Shown: positions 17,643-27,356, counted from the first letter of the stretch. The stretch: DNA of 32,000 nt from Candidatus Scalindua sp. (GCA_031316235.1 JALDRA010000001.1:1350001-1382000), one strand, 5' to 3'. Program-made: numbers and translations. Notes: a model not told the origin generated them from the sequence alone.

Positions 17643-19325
17643 ATGAAAGCAATTATTTTTGATCTTGACGATACACTATATGACTGCACGGGCTCACAGC
17701 TTGTCGCATCCCGCAAACGTCTGGCAAAAGCCATGGTACAGACCGGGCTGCCGTGCACCGAAGAGAAAGCATATGCAATGCAAGAAAAACTTTCGGAAAA
17801 ATATGGCCCTCCCTACCAGGTCATCACTGAAATAGCAAAAATTTTCGGACTGGATAACGAATTTATCAAAAACGCCAGCAATGCATACAATAGTAATGAA
17901 GTCTCAGATATCAAACTATTTCCTGATGTCATTCCAACATTAAAAAAGCTGGCGCTTGAAAACTATATGCTGTTTTTGCTGTCGACGGGAATCCATGAAA
18001 GACAACAGAAAAAGGTAAAAATATTGAAACTTGAGCCATATTTTGACGAGATAATTATTAATGACCAGGAAGTTGGTTTATTAATAAAGGATTGTTTTAA
18101 AATGATTTTGAAAAAATACCAGCTGAACCCAAGAAATGTTGTCGTTGTTGGGGATCGGGTAAAAGTAGAGCTGAAAATTGCAAAATCGTTTGGCATGTCA
18201 ACTATCCAGATGCTGCATGGAAGATTTAAGGTCGAAACTGAAATTGATTTTGTTAATAAACCTGACTATAAAATAAAGCGGATTTTTCAATTACCTACCA
18301 TACTCAAATTAAAGAGTATGAAGAAGACGCGGGACAAATTAAAAATTGTGGCTATCGGGGGAGGGACAGGTCTTCCAATCGCATTGGAAGGCCTGAAAAC
18401 ATACAGCGAAAATCTTACCGCCATTGTGACTGTTACTGATTCCGGCAGGAGTTCCGGAATCATAAGGGAACAATACGGGATCCTTCCTCCAGGAGATGCC
18501 AGAAACTGCCTGGTAGCTCTGACTGAAACTGAGGAACAAGAGGATATTTACCGGCTCTTTCAATATCGTTTTAATAAGGGAACTCTCAACGGAATGAGTC
18601 TTGGAAATCTCTTGATGACCGCCTTAACAGATATAACGGGAAGTTTCGAACTGGCAATAAAAAAAGCCAGTGAAATTCTTTCCATAAAGGGAAAGGTCTT
18701 ACCTTCAATGCTTACCAGTACCCATATCTGTGCTCAGCTGGAAGATGGTACCATTGTAGAAGAAGAATTTAATGTCCGGGCACCTCAAAAATCACCCATT
18801 GAAAAGCTTTTTTTACGGTCAAACCATATAGAGTGTCCGCAGGAGGCAATCACAGAAATCAACCAGGCTGATGTGGTCATTATTGGACCTGGAAGCCTTT
18901 ATACAAGCATAATAAGCAATCTGCTTGTCGAAGACATTAAAGAGGCGCTTCAAAAAACAAAGGCTATAAAAATCTATGTATGCAATATCGTTACCCAACC
19001 CGGGCAGACTGACAATTACACCGCATCTGATTGTGTCAAGGCAGTTATTAAATACCTTGGTGAGGGAATATTAGATTATGTATTAATCAATAATAACTTC
19101 CCTAATGAGAGTGTACTAGAAAAATATAGAAAAGAAGGTGCCGAAATCATAGCAATTGACAAAAATCTTGCCAAAATTAATGTGAAAGTTGAAACTGAAG
19201 ATTTAATAGAGAACATTGACCACGACAGGATACTATGGGAAAAGCAAGACCTCATACGCCACGATCCAGACAAACTGGCTAATTCCATCTGCAGATTATA
19301 TTCAGACGCGGTATTGAAAAAATAA
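17643..19325 (+). CDS. Fusion protein: N-terminal HAD-superfamily hydrolase plus C-terminal YvcK/CofD-family (UPF0052, gluconeogenesis-factor-like) domain, 560 aa
   Basis: HAD motif I IIFDLDDTLYD is present, with later VVVVGDRVKVELKIA. The YvcK/CofD signature is KIVAIGGGTGLPIALEGLK...LTAIVTVTDSGRSSGIIREQYGILPPGDARNCLVAL...VIIGPGSLYTSIISNLLV. The start lies 3 nt after the DUF192 stop. Confidence 0.85.
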   Translation: MKAIIFDLDDTLYDCTGSQLVASRKRLAKAMVQTGLPCTEEKAYAMQEKLSEKYGPPYQVITEIAKIFGLDNEFIKNASNAYNSNEVSDIKLFPDVIPTLKKLALENYMLFLLSTGIHERQQKKVKILKLEPYFDEIIINDQEVGLLIKDCFKMILKKYQLNPRNVVVVGDRVKVELKIAKSFGMSTIQMLHGRFKVETEIDFVNKPDYKIKRIFQLPTILKLKSMKKTRDKLKIVAIGGGTGLPIALEGLKTYSENLTAIVTVTDSGRSSGIIREQYGILPPGDARNCLVALTETEEQEDIYRLFQYRFNKGTLNGMSLGNLLMTALTDITGSFELAIKKASEILSIKGKVLPSMLTSTHICAQLEDGTIVEEEFNVRAPQKSPIEKLFLRSNHIECPQEAITEINQADVVIIGPGSLYTSIISNLLVEDIKEALQKTKAIKIYVCNIVTQPGQTDNYTASDCVKAVIKYLGEGILDYVLINNNFPNESVLEKYRKEGAEIIAIDKNLAKINVKVETEDLIENIDHDRILWEKQDLIRHDPDKLANSICRLYSDAVLKK

Positions 19326-19525
19326 AAATGCTCCTGATAGACCTTAACATTTTTCCCAGAATTGAAAGACACCTTGCCAATAACCCTCAGAGTTTTACCG
19401 ATATCAACCCCTCTCCGGTGGCAGGGATTTTCAGGGAAGGGAGGAAGTGGTGAAATAAGATTTCATCTGGAAAGAATATTGCATTATAAAACAACACATA
19501 CAATTTGCCCAGAAACGTAAAAAAC

Positions 19526-19795
19526 TCAAATCATATCTTTGAATTTCTTGCCAACCTTGAATCCTACTGTTTTACTGGCTTTCACCTTGATTATCTCACC
19601 TGTCTGGGGGTTCCGCGCTTTTCTGGCCTTCCTTTTCTTTATCAGAAAACTCCCAAACCCCAATAATTGTACACCCTTGTCCTTTTTTACGCCCTTGCTG
19701 ATGTTGTCCAGCACAGCATTAACGGCTCTCTCTCCTTCTGCCTTTGATATGTCTAGCTCTTTTGATACCGCTTCGATCAAATCTCGCTTATTCAT
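19526..19795 (-). CDS. hup: HU-family DNA-binding protein (89 aa)
   Basis: MNKRDLIEAVSKELDISKAEGERAVNAVLDNISKGV...LLGFGSF...RKARNPQTGEIIKVKASKTVGFKVGKKFKD. RBS AAGGGGGAG. Confidence 0.9.
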   Translation of the reverse strand: MNKRDLIEAVSKELDISKAEGERAVNAVLDNISKGVKKDKGVQLLGFGSFLIKKRKARKARNPQTGEIIKVKASKTVGFKVGKKFKDMI

Positions 19796-19861
19796 TTACT
19801 CCCCCTTTATTAAATTAAAATACCTCTATTTCAGCAACTTCCTCCCCTTACAAACCCCCTG

Positions 19862-20335
19862 TCAAACTACCATACCGACAATAACACCTTCAAAAACAAG
19901 TTTGCCATTTACGATCCCCTGGGTATCAAAAATAGCCCTCCTTGCCCTGAGTTCTCTATTTTTCGCAACGATAATAAATCTATCGCCTGGTATAACTTTC
20001 CCTCTGAATTTTACTTTGTCTATGCCACCAAAACCTAAAAATCTATCATCCTCTATAACTCTTTTATAATAATAGGTACATAGCTGCGCAGCTGCCTCCA
20101 TCATCAGTACACCGGGAAAAAGCGGACGGCCTGGGATATGGCCACGTACCCAGAACTCATCATCTTTTACCTCTTTAAATCCAATGATAATTTTATTCTC
20201 AGGATCAAATTTAATTATCCCATTGAGCTGCTCCATTTCATAGCGATGGGGATTTACCGCTCTGATCCCTTCTCTATCTATCTCTATATCATTGATATCT
20301 ATCTCGTTAATGTTGATGAAAAGTTCCTGTGGCAT
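19862..20335 (-). CDS. FabA/FabZ-family hotdog dehydratase (3-hydroxyacyl-ACP dehydratase-like), 157 aa
   Basis: NPHRYEMEQL...FWVRGHIPGRPLFPGVLMMEAAAQL...GIDKVKFRGKVIPGD matches the FabZ active-site region. The PHRYEM versus PHRYPF difference is why I do not name it fabZ. Confidence 0.75.
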   Translation of the reverse strand: MPQELFININEIDINDIEIDREGIRAVNPHRYEMEQLNGIIKFDPENKIIIGFKEVKDDEFWVRGHIPGRPLFPGVLMMEAAAQLCTYYYKRVIEDDRFLGFGGIDKVKFRGKVIPGDRFIIVAKNRELRARRAIFDTQGIVNGKLVFEGVIVGMVV

Positions 20336-20411
20336 TGCAAAATACTATTATTACCATGCATCTTTGTCAATAAAATTTTCTTGCGGGAACGTATTTAATC
20401 AGGGAAAAACA

Positions 20412-20488
20412 TGGTAGCGGTGCAGGGACTCGAACCCCGGACTCGCGGATTATGATTCCGCTGCTCTAACCAACTGAGCTACACCGCC
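20412..20488 (-). tRNA. tRNA with CAU anticodon (elongator Met, or Ile2 if lysidine-modified), CCA encoded
   Basis: Minus-strand sequence: GGCGGTG TA GCTC AGTTGGTTA GAGC A GCGGA ATCATAA TCCGC GAGTC CGGGG TTCGAGT CCCTG CACCGCT A CCA. It folds as a cloverleaf with G1-U72 and one G-U pair in the T stem. It lacks initiator features (no C1:A72 mismatch, no three G-C pairs at the anticodon-stem base). Confidence 0.9.
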
Positions 20489-20742
20489 ACAACATTATGC
20501 TCTTATGAGGGACTTTTACAATCCCAATTCAGCGGTTTTGCAAAAGCGGAACGTATTATATATTTAAAACAGCAAAACGTCAATTTATAATTACACTCAG
20601 AGGGAAACATTTATTCCCCTCTCTTTCTTCAGAAAAGATGAGGAACTGGTGGGTAGCTGTATTCAGGTATGATGGGAATAAAGAGAGAGAGCGCACACGA
20701 TTAAAGCCTCCATGCAAAAAACCGTTTGCAGATGGCCTTGTT

Positions 20743-21102
20743 TTAATTTCCCTGTTTCCGAACTTCCTTTTTGATCTCTTCCACTTCCGGGCCGAAATGG
20801 CTTCTTCCATATTGATCCAGCAGTTTGTCATATTTATAGCTTCTTGTCGTTATGAGTCCTAATCCGTTCCCCTGTATATTATATTCATACATCATGATAA
20901 CCTCCTGCCTTGTATCGACAAGATAAAAAGATTCCCTGCTGCCTTCAACGTGACCTACCACTCCAAATACATGTTTTGCAAATGCACCTCCGTCTCCCTG
21001 CTGGGCTACTACATAATTTGGTGAATTCTTTATCAGTACGAAAACTAACAGCATTATAATGACTCCCATCAGTATTGTATTCAGTCCATATTTTTTATCC
21101 AT
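20743..21102 (-). CDS. Small membrane-anchored hypothetical protein (119 aa), last gene of the secretin operon
   Basis: Start moved to ATG 21102, preceded by GGGGAGAAAAAGACATG. N-terminal TM helix LNTILMGVIIMLLVFVLI, then a soluble domain. No family recognised. Confidence 0.6.
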   Translation of the reverse strand: MDKKYGLNTILMGVIIMLLVFVLIKNSPNYVVAQQGDGGAFAKHVFGVVGHVEGSRESFYLVDTRQEVIMMYEYNIQGNGLGLITTRSYKYDKLLDQYGRSHFGPEVEEIKKEVRKQGN

Positions 21103-21143
21103 GTCTTTTTCTCCCCATATTTTGCTGGTTCCATCGGTCAAAT

Positions 21144-23444
21144 TTATTCTGAAGGATATCTGAATTGCTTATCTTCCCATTGTGTCGGATTAGCATATCC
21201 CGCCTTCGGTTTTCCCAAGGCATAGGCACGGGTTTCTTCCTCATCCCTTATCAATATCGTAGGCTTTATCAAGATGATAAGATTGCCTGACGCCGCTATA
21301 TCCCTGTCTAATGAATTACTGGAAAACAGCCTCTTTAAGATGGGAATCTTTGAGAGAATTGGCGTACCTGCGGACATTTCCTTCTCTGCCCTGGACCCCA
21401 ACCCACCGATCATCAGGATCCCTTTATCAGGCACACAAACCGTAACTGATAACTCCTGCTTGGTTGTTATCGGAAGCTGAATTGTATTCGTTGCCGGAAC
21501 ACCGCCTGCACCACCAGATGATACTGGACCAACAGTTTCAAATGATATCTGATCAAATTCCACTCTCGTAATAACCGGATGCACTTCAAGATACACATAT
21601 TTCCTGTCAGCACTGACGATTGGTCTTACATTAAATGTTGTACCATCGTCAATTTCCTTTATCACTGGTTCCGGTGTCTGACTTACAATTCTAAAGCTTT
21701 CGATATAATTAAAAGTCGTAACCACCTTGATAGACCCTCGTTGTGTATTGGACAGCGTTATCTTGGGAGAAGTCAAGGACTCGGCTTCATCGCTCTCCTG
21801 TACCGCCCGCAAAAACCCCTTGAGAAAAAATCCCTCTACGATCTGGTATGTCAGATTCAGACCGTTTGCACCGCTGGCCACTGCGCTGCCTGCAAATATA
21901 TCCCCAGGATCGGTAAAGAAACCGCTCACTACACCGCCTGCGTCGTTTTGCCCTGGCGTTCCCTTTGGATTACTTTGGCTGGGGCGCTCAGACGATGTAT
22001 CAAAATCAAGAATACTGCTCCCCACCGATTCCAGAAAATTATCAGAGACTGCTATGAACCTCGCTTCTATGTTCACCTGAAGGTCTGAAGAAGAGCGTAA
22101 TGAGGCAAGCAGGTCTCCAATCTGTTTGTGTACCAGCCAGGATTGTGTCACTACGATATCACCCAGCATGCCTTCACGTGCCGCTATCATACCTCTTCCG
22201 CTGTTTAATGCCCATGAAGAAGGTTCAATCGTATGAACTATCAAGTCTATTATCTCCTGCACACGGTAGAAGGTGTCCTTATTCTCTCCATCAGCGAGGC
22301 TCTTTTCCTCTCCACCATCAACCGGCGCTTGAGCAGATAGATCCTGCCTATCTTCCAGATTTATTAACAAATCACGTACATCATACACTCTTAATTCCAG
22401 GGGTTCCTGGGTAATATAGACAATATCTTCTTTAATGACAGAATCTACTCCTTTGGGTAATATGTACTTCAGGATCACATTTACATCCACATTATCGAGT
22501 TTTAAATTTACGCTTTGATCCGCAGCAGCTTCATCCAGGACAAAATTCAGTTTTGTCTTTTCCTGAAGCAATGCTACCACATCGCGGAGGGGAGTATCAA
22601 TAAATTCAACAGACAGCTTTCTGTTTAATCCGTCTTTCATAACCCGGGAAATTTGATTTTGGGAAGGAGAAGGCACGGTTTGCAACCGCTCTGTGTGGAC
22701 TCTTCCCTTTTCAAGACTTTCGTTTTGCTCTTCTCTCTGAACTCTTTTCTTGATATCATTCCATTCATTTTTTTCCGTATACTGCAGAATATCATTGTAG
22801 GGAATAGATCTCTCACGTAAATTTTCAAAATACTTATCGCGCTCCTGTGCATCAAGTTTTTCTAATTGCCCCATGATTGCAAGGTGTTTTCTATCTTCCA
22901 GTTCGATAAGTGCATTTTCCTTATACGCCAAGGCTGAAGAATCGTTGGGATTGTCTTTCAGTATGGAATCTGTTATATTAATAACATCCACGTATCGCTG
23001 CTCTTTTGTGGCACGTTTCGCCTCCTTAAGCCGATCTTTCAGCTTCTCGTGAGTAACGGTCTCAAAAGGAGCATCTTTAACCTGATTATGACCTCCGATG
23101 TTATCGTCTTTCTCAACAAAAACAGTTTTCTGTTTTACAGCGACCGGGCTTGATCTCTCCTGGTCAAGATATTGCACATTGGTGACGGCAACCGTTTTAG
23201 TCATCTCTTTATTGCCGGCCTTTTCGTTATCTGTTTCCGGTTCTTTCTTGAAGAATCTCTTTTTTATAACATCATACAGGCTTACTTCCTCGTTCTGGGA
23301 TTTTCCCCTATCGAAATCATACGTATCATGCATCTCACCAATTCCGGCCTTTTCGTTACCTACTGCCTGATTTAATAATGTTGTGTTGCATGCGCTCATG
23401 AGAAGGAGAAGTAGAATTGGTATGTAAAAAGAATTTTTTTTCAT
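21144..23444 (-). CDS. Secretin (PilQ/GspD family outer-membrane channel), lipoprotein-type signal, ~766 aa
   Basis: C-terminal secretin domain ...VTVCVPDKGILMIGGLGSRAEKEMSAGTPILSKIPILKRLFSSNS...LIILIKPTIL. Start set to ATG 23444 (AAGGTG 8 nt upstream), giving MKKNSFYIPILLLLLMSAC with a lipobox. Confidence 0.9.
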   Translation of the reverse strand: MKKNSFYIPILLLLLMSACNTTLLNQAVGNEKAGIGEMHDTYDFDRGKSQNEEVSLYDVIKKRFFKKEPETDNEKAGNKEMTKTVAVTNVQYLDQERSSPVAVKQKTVFVEKDDNIGGHNQVKDAPFETVTHEKLKDRLKEAKRATKEQRYVDVINITDSILKDNPNDSSALAYKENALIELEDRKHLAIMGQLEKLDAQERDKYFENLRERSIPYNDILQYTEKNEWNDIKKRVQREEQNESLEKGRVHTERLQTVPSPSQNQISRVMKDGLNRKLSVEFIDTPLRDVVALLQEKTKLNFVLDEAAADQSVNLKLDNVDVNVILKYILPKGVDSVIKEDIVYITQEPLELRVYDVRDLLINLEDRQDLSAQAPVDGGEEKSLADGENKDTFYRVQEIIDLIVHTIEPSSWALNSGRGMIAAREGMLGDIVVTQSWLVHKQIGDLLASLRSSSDLQVNIEARFIAVSDNFLESVGSSILDFDTSSERPSQSNPKGTPGQNDAGGVVSGFFTDPGDIFAGSAVASGANGLNLTYQIVEGFFLKGFLRAVQESDEAESLTSPKITLSNTQRGSIKVVTTFNYIESFRIVSQTPEPVIKEIDDGTTFNVRPIVSADRKYVYLEVHPVITRVEFDQISFETVGPVSSGGAGGVPATNTIQLPITTKQELSVTVCVPDKGILMIGGLGSRAEKEMSAGTPILSKIPILKRLFSSNSLDRDIAASGNLIILIKPTILIRDEEETRAYALGKPKAGYANPTQWEDKQFRYPSE

Positions 23445-23498
23445 TGGAATTTTCACCTTTACCCTTTCAGACAAAAAATGTAGGCATAACGTAATATT

Positions 23499-24380
23499 TT
23501 ACTCAATTTTATTTTCTCCTGGCTTCTTCTCTTTTGTTAGCTTCTCTTTCAGATTTGAGGACACATTGTCATACTTTGACTTCACTGCCCCGACAGGATC
23601 TTCCCGCCAATTTGGTTCTTCTTTCGGTTCTTCCGTAATAATTTGAGATTCTCCCAGCCACAACTCTTTTGTAATACCCTCTTCATCTTTGTATATAATC
23701 TTTGCAGTATTCTTCATAAATGTTTCGCCCGGTTCCATTCTCGTCCCAACAAACTTCCCTGCATCACTTAATACAACAACCTTCTTCATCAATGTTACCG
23801 GCCTTTCCACTTTGTTGATAATGTCTTCAACAACACAATTTGTTGTAAAATCATACTTCACATTCCTGATGAGCTTCTCTGAACCTATCTGGTCACTGCT
23901 CCTCAAGGGGAAACTATATTGACGCCACACTTCATTTATCTTTCTCCGTACGTTAACAAGGGCGAGCTTGTCGGTTACCCCTTTTAATGAAATTTGTGTC
24001 GGAAGCTGGCTCTCAGTTCTCCGTTCGTGAACAATTTCTGTTTCCGAACGATCTACTGTCTCCTCACGGATTTTATTTTCCCATACAGGACCGGCAAATA
24101 TTGATGTCTTTTCGATTAACTTATTGAAGGGGATTGTATTAGTTTTATCCACAAGCTTGGTTTCGGCAGCAGATTCTTCAGGCTCTACTGGAGGATGTGC
24201 CCGTTTCAGGTTCGCTTCTAATGTGCTTGTAATACTTGAAATCCTTGACCACAGCTTCCTCTCCTTCATACGTGAAATGATAAATATACTGACAAGATTA
24301 TATACAATAAAGAGTGTCAATAGTGACAAGACTGCCTTGTACGTATAATCAGAAATTTTTTTCTTTTTTAATATATCCAT
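23499..24380 (-). CDS. Hypothetical bitopic membrane protein (293 aa) of the secretin operon (PilP-position gene)
   Basis: One N-terminal TM (AVLSLLTLFIVYNLVSIFII). Gene spacing to neighbours is 14-24 bp. No sequence family recognised, so the role is inferred from position only. Confidence 0.6.
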   Translation of the reverse strand: MDILKKKKISDYTYKAVLSLLTLFIVYNLVSIFIISRMKERKLWSRISSITSTLEANLKRAHPPVEPEESAAETKLVDKTNTIPFNKLIEKTSIFAGPVWENKIREETVDRSETEIVHERRTESQLPTQISLKGVTDKLALVNVRRKINEVWRQYSFPLRSSDQIGSEKLIRNVKYDFTTNCVVEDIINKVERPVTLMKKVVVLSDAGKFVGTRMEPGETFMKNTAKIIYKDEEGITKELWLGESQIITEEPKEEPNWREDPVGAVKSKYDNVSSNLKEKLTKEKKPGENKIE

Positions 24381-24394
24381 GAGTTAGATTCCAT

Positions 24395-25228
24395 TTACGT
24401 TTTAAAATCTATGGCATGTGTCTCAATAACAACATGCACCCTAGTATCAGGCATATTATTCGTCACATCTGCGGCTGCACCCATCAATCTTATTTTGTTC
24501 AGTTTTCCCTCTATATTTACCGTATCTATTTCAAAACAGAGTTTTGAGTTTAATAACTCATGAATAAAAGCAAGTATCTGTTCAATATCCATAGTTACTT
24601 TTATAGAACAGGGGATGATGTCATAAAACTTCGACGCTGTACCTGCAGGAGACAGATCACCTTCCTGGAAACGAATACTTTCAATGCGGTTTATTTTCAG
24701 CTCTTTCTTTTTCATTATCCCCAACAACTCTTTCACAATCCAGAATCTCTTCTGCTCTCTCACAATGCTGTCCCACGTGGGGATTTCATCACCCCATTCT
24801 TTAAAAGAGAGTGTTCCCTTGCTTACCGGCAGATTACTCCCTGCCATAGTGCCAAGAAGAACATCTGTATTCTCTATATACCTGCTTTTCCAGAGGGCCA
24901 CATCTGTAATTTCCTCTTCATCTTCAAAACCAAATATCTTTTCGAGAGAGAGATCTCTTTTCGCAAATAACTCAATATTTTTCTGTTTCTCCTCTTTTGT
25001 TCTATCCAATTTCTCCTCTTCAGCTTTAATCCATTGCCGGTTTATAATTCCCAGGCCTTTTTTCTCATATCTCTCCAGCTCTGATAATATACGTTCCAGG
25101 GACTCAACTTGTTTCCTGTTTTCAAGCCTGTATGGGTTAGCAAGGAAAACGTATAGAAACGAAAGAAACGCAACTATTCCTCCTGTAATAAACCAGAATG
25201 CATTTTTTTTTATTATCACTATATTCAT
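24395..25228 (-). CDS. Hypothetical bitopic membrane protein (277 aa), PilO-like architecture
   Basis: An N-terminal TM (FWFITGGIVAFLSFLYVFL) is followed by a coiled-coil-like charged region and then a globular domain. It sits directly after the PilM::PilN gene. Confidence 0.6.
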   Translation of the reverse strand: MNIVIIKKNAFWFITGGIVAFLSFLYVFLANPYRLENRKQVESLERILSELERYEKKGLGIINRQWIKAEEEKLDRTKEEKQKNIELFAKRDLSLEKIFGFEDEEEITDVALWKSRYIENTDVLLGTMAGSNLPVSKGTLSFKEWGDEIPTWDSIVREQKRFWIVKELLGIMKKKELKINRIESIRFQEGDLSPAGTASKFYDIIPCSIKVTMDIEQILAFIHELLNSKLCFEIDTVNIEGKLNKIRLMGAAADVTNNMPDTRVHVVIETHAIDFKT

Positions 25229-25252
25229 CTTGATTATCTCTTCCGGAATTAG

Positions 25253-26992
25253 TTAGAAATACTCGTTAATTGTGTTTACTATCCATCGTATTTCAAAGGC
25301 AATACCTCTCATATTCTGACTGATCTCCAAACCACCTGATCTGTTCCGGACAAGCAATGGAATATTGTAAATCGACCCCTTCACAAACTCTACATCCCTA
25401 AAGGAGGGGGATTCATTTTGAAATAATTTCAGATTCGCGATGGGGATTTTAACCCTCTCCTCTAAATATTGCATACCTGGGTCATTACTTTCTCCCTTCA
25501 TAGTCATGACTAAAACTTTCCCACCAGCGTCTACAGGTTTTCCTGCTTTCTTTTTTCGAGAAGAATCATTTTTATTGTTTGATCCATCCATGTAAGGGTG
25601 TTGCATTGACGAATTCAAGCTTAACAAATGAACTTTCTCCGGCATAATCTCAATGATAGTACGAATAGACTCTATCCAGAAACTCCCTTTCGTTCCTATC
25701 GTCGTCAAAGCCCGGAGATCTTCTTCTTCCAGCTCAACCTTCTTTTCTACGTCCAGATACGCCCTTTCAAAATTTTTCACTTTCTTCTGTGTTTCGCTGA
25801 TGGTATTCATGTCCCTTGATAGAGCTCTTGAAGACACATAATCCTTAATACCCTGCGTAAGCAACCCGAAGAAAAGTAAACACACAAGTGTTGCAACCAT
25901 CTCCTTTTGTCTTGGTTTCTGCCGTTCCCTCATGTATTCCAGGGGAAGGAGATTTATTTTTATCTTACTAACACCCAAACCTTGCACTGCAAGACCTATT
26001 GCTGTCCCAAAACTATGAATTGCTTTTTTGTTTTGAACTGCAGAATCCACCTCTTCTGCTATCTCAATACTATCCAATACGTTAAGAAAATGAACTTTCC
26101 CTTCTAGGTTTTCTCTCACAAATTTTACTTTATCATCATCCTTTAATCCTTCTCCCATTAAGAATATGTTTTCAGGCTTTGTATCCTTTGCAATCGAAAC
26201 ATAGTATCCTATTGACCTCTGTATTTCCCGTACCAGATCCATATTCATTTCAGAAATCGGAATGCTCCTGTTCCAATACTTTGATTTTCCAGCAACAATG
26301 AAATCCGTACTATCTTTCTGAACATTTACGACGAAAATATCCTCATCCTGTTCGCACAACAACTGCACAAGATTATAAATTGCTATCGGATTAATTTGTA
26401 TGGCCTCAATGTTCGATTTTATCGGCGTGAGGCTTGACAAAACGCTATAAATGTTTTCCTTTTTCGTGGCAAAAATACCAATTTCAGGTCCATTTCCACT
26501 TTTTGAACTGTCACTGAATTGATGATAATCCCATACAATTTCACTCGAATCAAAAGGAACCTGCTTTTGCAGCTCATATTTTATCGCGTCAACAATCTGA
26601 CCTTTCTTCATGGGAGGAAATGAAACAAACCTTGATAAAACCATCTTGGCAGGGAGCGATACCACTATTCTCTCAGATTTCTCAATTTCATTGCGAGTTA
26701 CGAAATTGTTTATTGCATTTTCAACTATTTCTGCATTTGTAGTGGCAGCACTCTGGTTCATTGTTGAAATTTCAACTCTATCAATCGCCTCTACCAGCAA
26801 TTTTCCATTATGCAATTTAACCTTTGTCGCCTTTAATTCACTGTCACCAATTTCCAGACCCCAGGCACTCTTACTCTTTGCTCTTTTTCCTGAACGAAAA
26901 TATTTTACCGAGTAATTTCCAGATTTCATGTTATTAAGGATATTTTTCATCTTCATATTCTGATAAAAAAAAGTGATGGTCATTTCACACAC
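25253..26992 (-). CDS. PilM::PilN fusion (type IV pilus / T2SS-like inner-membrane assembly platform), up to 579 aa; start uncertain (GTG 26992, ATG 26983, 26956 or 26950)
   Basis: PilM actin-like N-terminus (AWGLEIGDSELKATKVKLHNGKLLVEAIDRVEI...SLPAKMVLSRFVSFPPMKKGQIVDAIKYELQKQVPF). Then the PilN hallmark INLLPLEY with a TM (MVATLVCLLFFGLLTQGI) and about 190 further residues. Confidence 0.8.
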   Translation of the reverse strand: MCEMTITFFYQNMKMKNILNNMKSGNYSVKYFRSGKRAKSKSAWGLEIGDSELKATKVKLHNGKLLVEAIDRVEISTMNQSAATTNAEIVENAINNFVTRNEIEKSERIVVSLPAKMVLSRFVSFPPMKKGQIVDAIKYELQKQVPFDSSEIVWDYHQFSDSSKSGNGPEIGIFATKKENIYSVLSSLTPIKSNIEAIQINPIAIYNLVQLLCEQDEDIFVVNVQKDSTDFIVAGKSKYWNRSIPISEMNMDLVREIQRSIGYYVSIAKDTKPENIFLMGEGLKDDDKVKFVRENLEGKVHFLNVLDSIEIAEEVDSAVQNKKAIHSFGTAIGLAVQGLGVSKIKINLLPLEYMRERQKPRQKEMVATLVCLLFFGLLTQGIKDYVSSRALSRDMNTISETQKKVKNFERAYLDVEKKVELEEEDLRALTTIGTKGSFWIESIRTIIEIMPEKVHLLSLNSSMQHPYMDGSNNKNDSSRKKKAGKPVDAGGKVLVMTMKGESNDPGMQYLEERVKIPIANLKLFQNESPSFRDVEFVKGSIYNIPLLVRNRSGGLEISQNMRGIAFEIRWIVNTINEYF

Positions 26993-27043
26993 TCACGAAG
27001 AGTATGAGCAGGAGTTCTGTCAACCAAAATAAGAAATTTACCG

Positions 27044-27259
27044 TTATGAATCTGTTATCACCTCAAGACTTTTTTCATCACTCAGTGTTGACGGCTGTTC
27101 TGTACCAAAGAAATAATCAATGTCCTGATGTAATAACTGCATATCTTTCTTAAACATACGGTTATGTGCTGCATTGTGGCGCATATCAGATGTGTAGCAT
27201 CCGGAAATACATGCAGAAGCTGCCAGTAAAATAATATAATCTTTGAGGAGTTTGAGCAT
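27044..27259 (-). CDS. Small lipoprotein (71 aa), first gene of the secretin operon
   Basis: RBS AGGAAAGATAAAATG. Signal peptide plus lipobox (ILLAASACISGC). Confidence 0.5.
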   Translation of the reverse strand: MLKLLKDYIILLAASACISGCYTSDMRHNAAHNRMFKKDMQLLHQDIDYFFGTEQPSTLSDEKSLEVITDS

Positions 27260-27356
27260 TTTATCTTTCCTAAAAAACTATAAAACTAAAAGTATGTTAA
27301 GCTGGTGTAAGGTTCTCTGAAAATAAATATCGTTAGTATCGTTTATTTATCATAGT

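Noticed and set aside
19328-19453. 41-codon plus-strand ORF (MLLIDLNIFPRIERHLANNPQSF...) starting 2 nt after the HAD::YvcK stop
   Set aside because: It has no Shine-Dalgarno sequence, is short and has no recognisable family. It may be chance.
19539-20398. ORFs 19539..20069 (+, 176 aa) and 20138..20398 (+)
   Set aside because: They are antisense to HU and the FabZ-like gene, both of which have clear family signatures. The composition is low-complexity.
20412-20488. Whether the CAU tRNA is the initiator tRNA-fMet
   Set aside because: Positions 1:72 form a G-U pair, not the C-A mismatch. The anticodon stem is GCGGA/TCCGC, lacking the three consecutive G-C pairs of initiators. I therefore called it elongator Met, or Ile2 if modified.
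20580-20862. ORFs 20580..20831 (-) and 20638..20862 (+), and a hairpin at 20598-20623
   Set aside because: The ORFs overlap each other and the 3' end of the 20743..21102 gene, and they lack an RBS. The hairpin (AGAGGGAAA...TTCCCCTCT) has a bulge and no clean U tract on the strand where a terminator is needed, so I did not call it.
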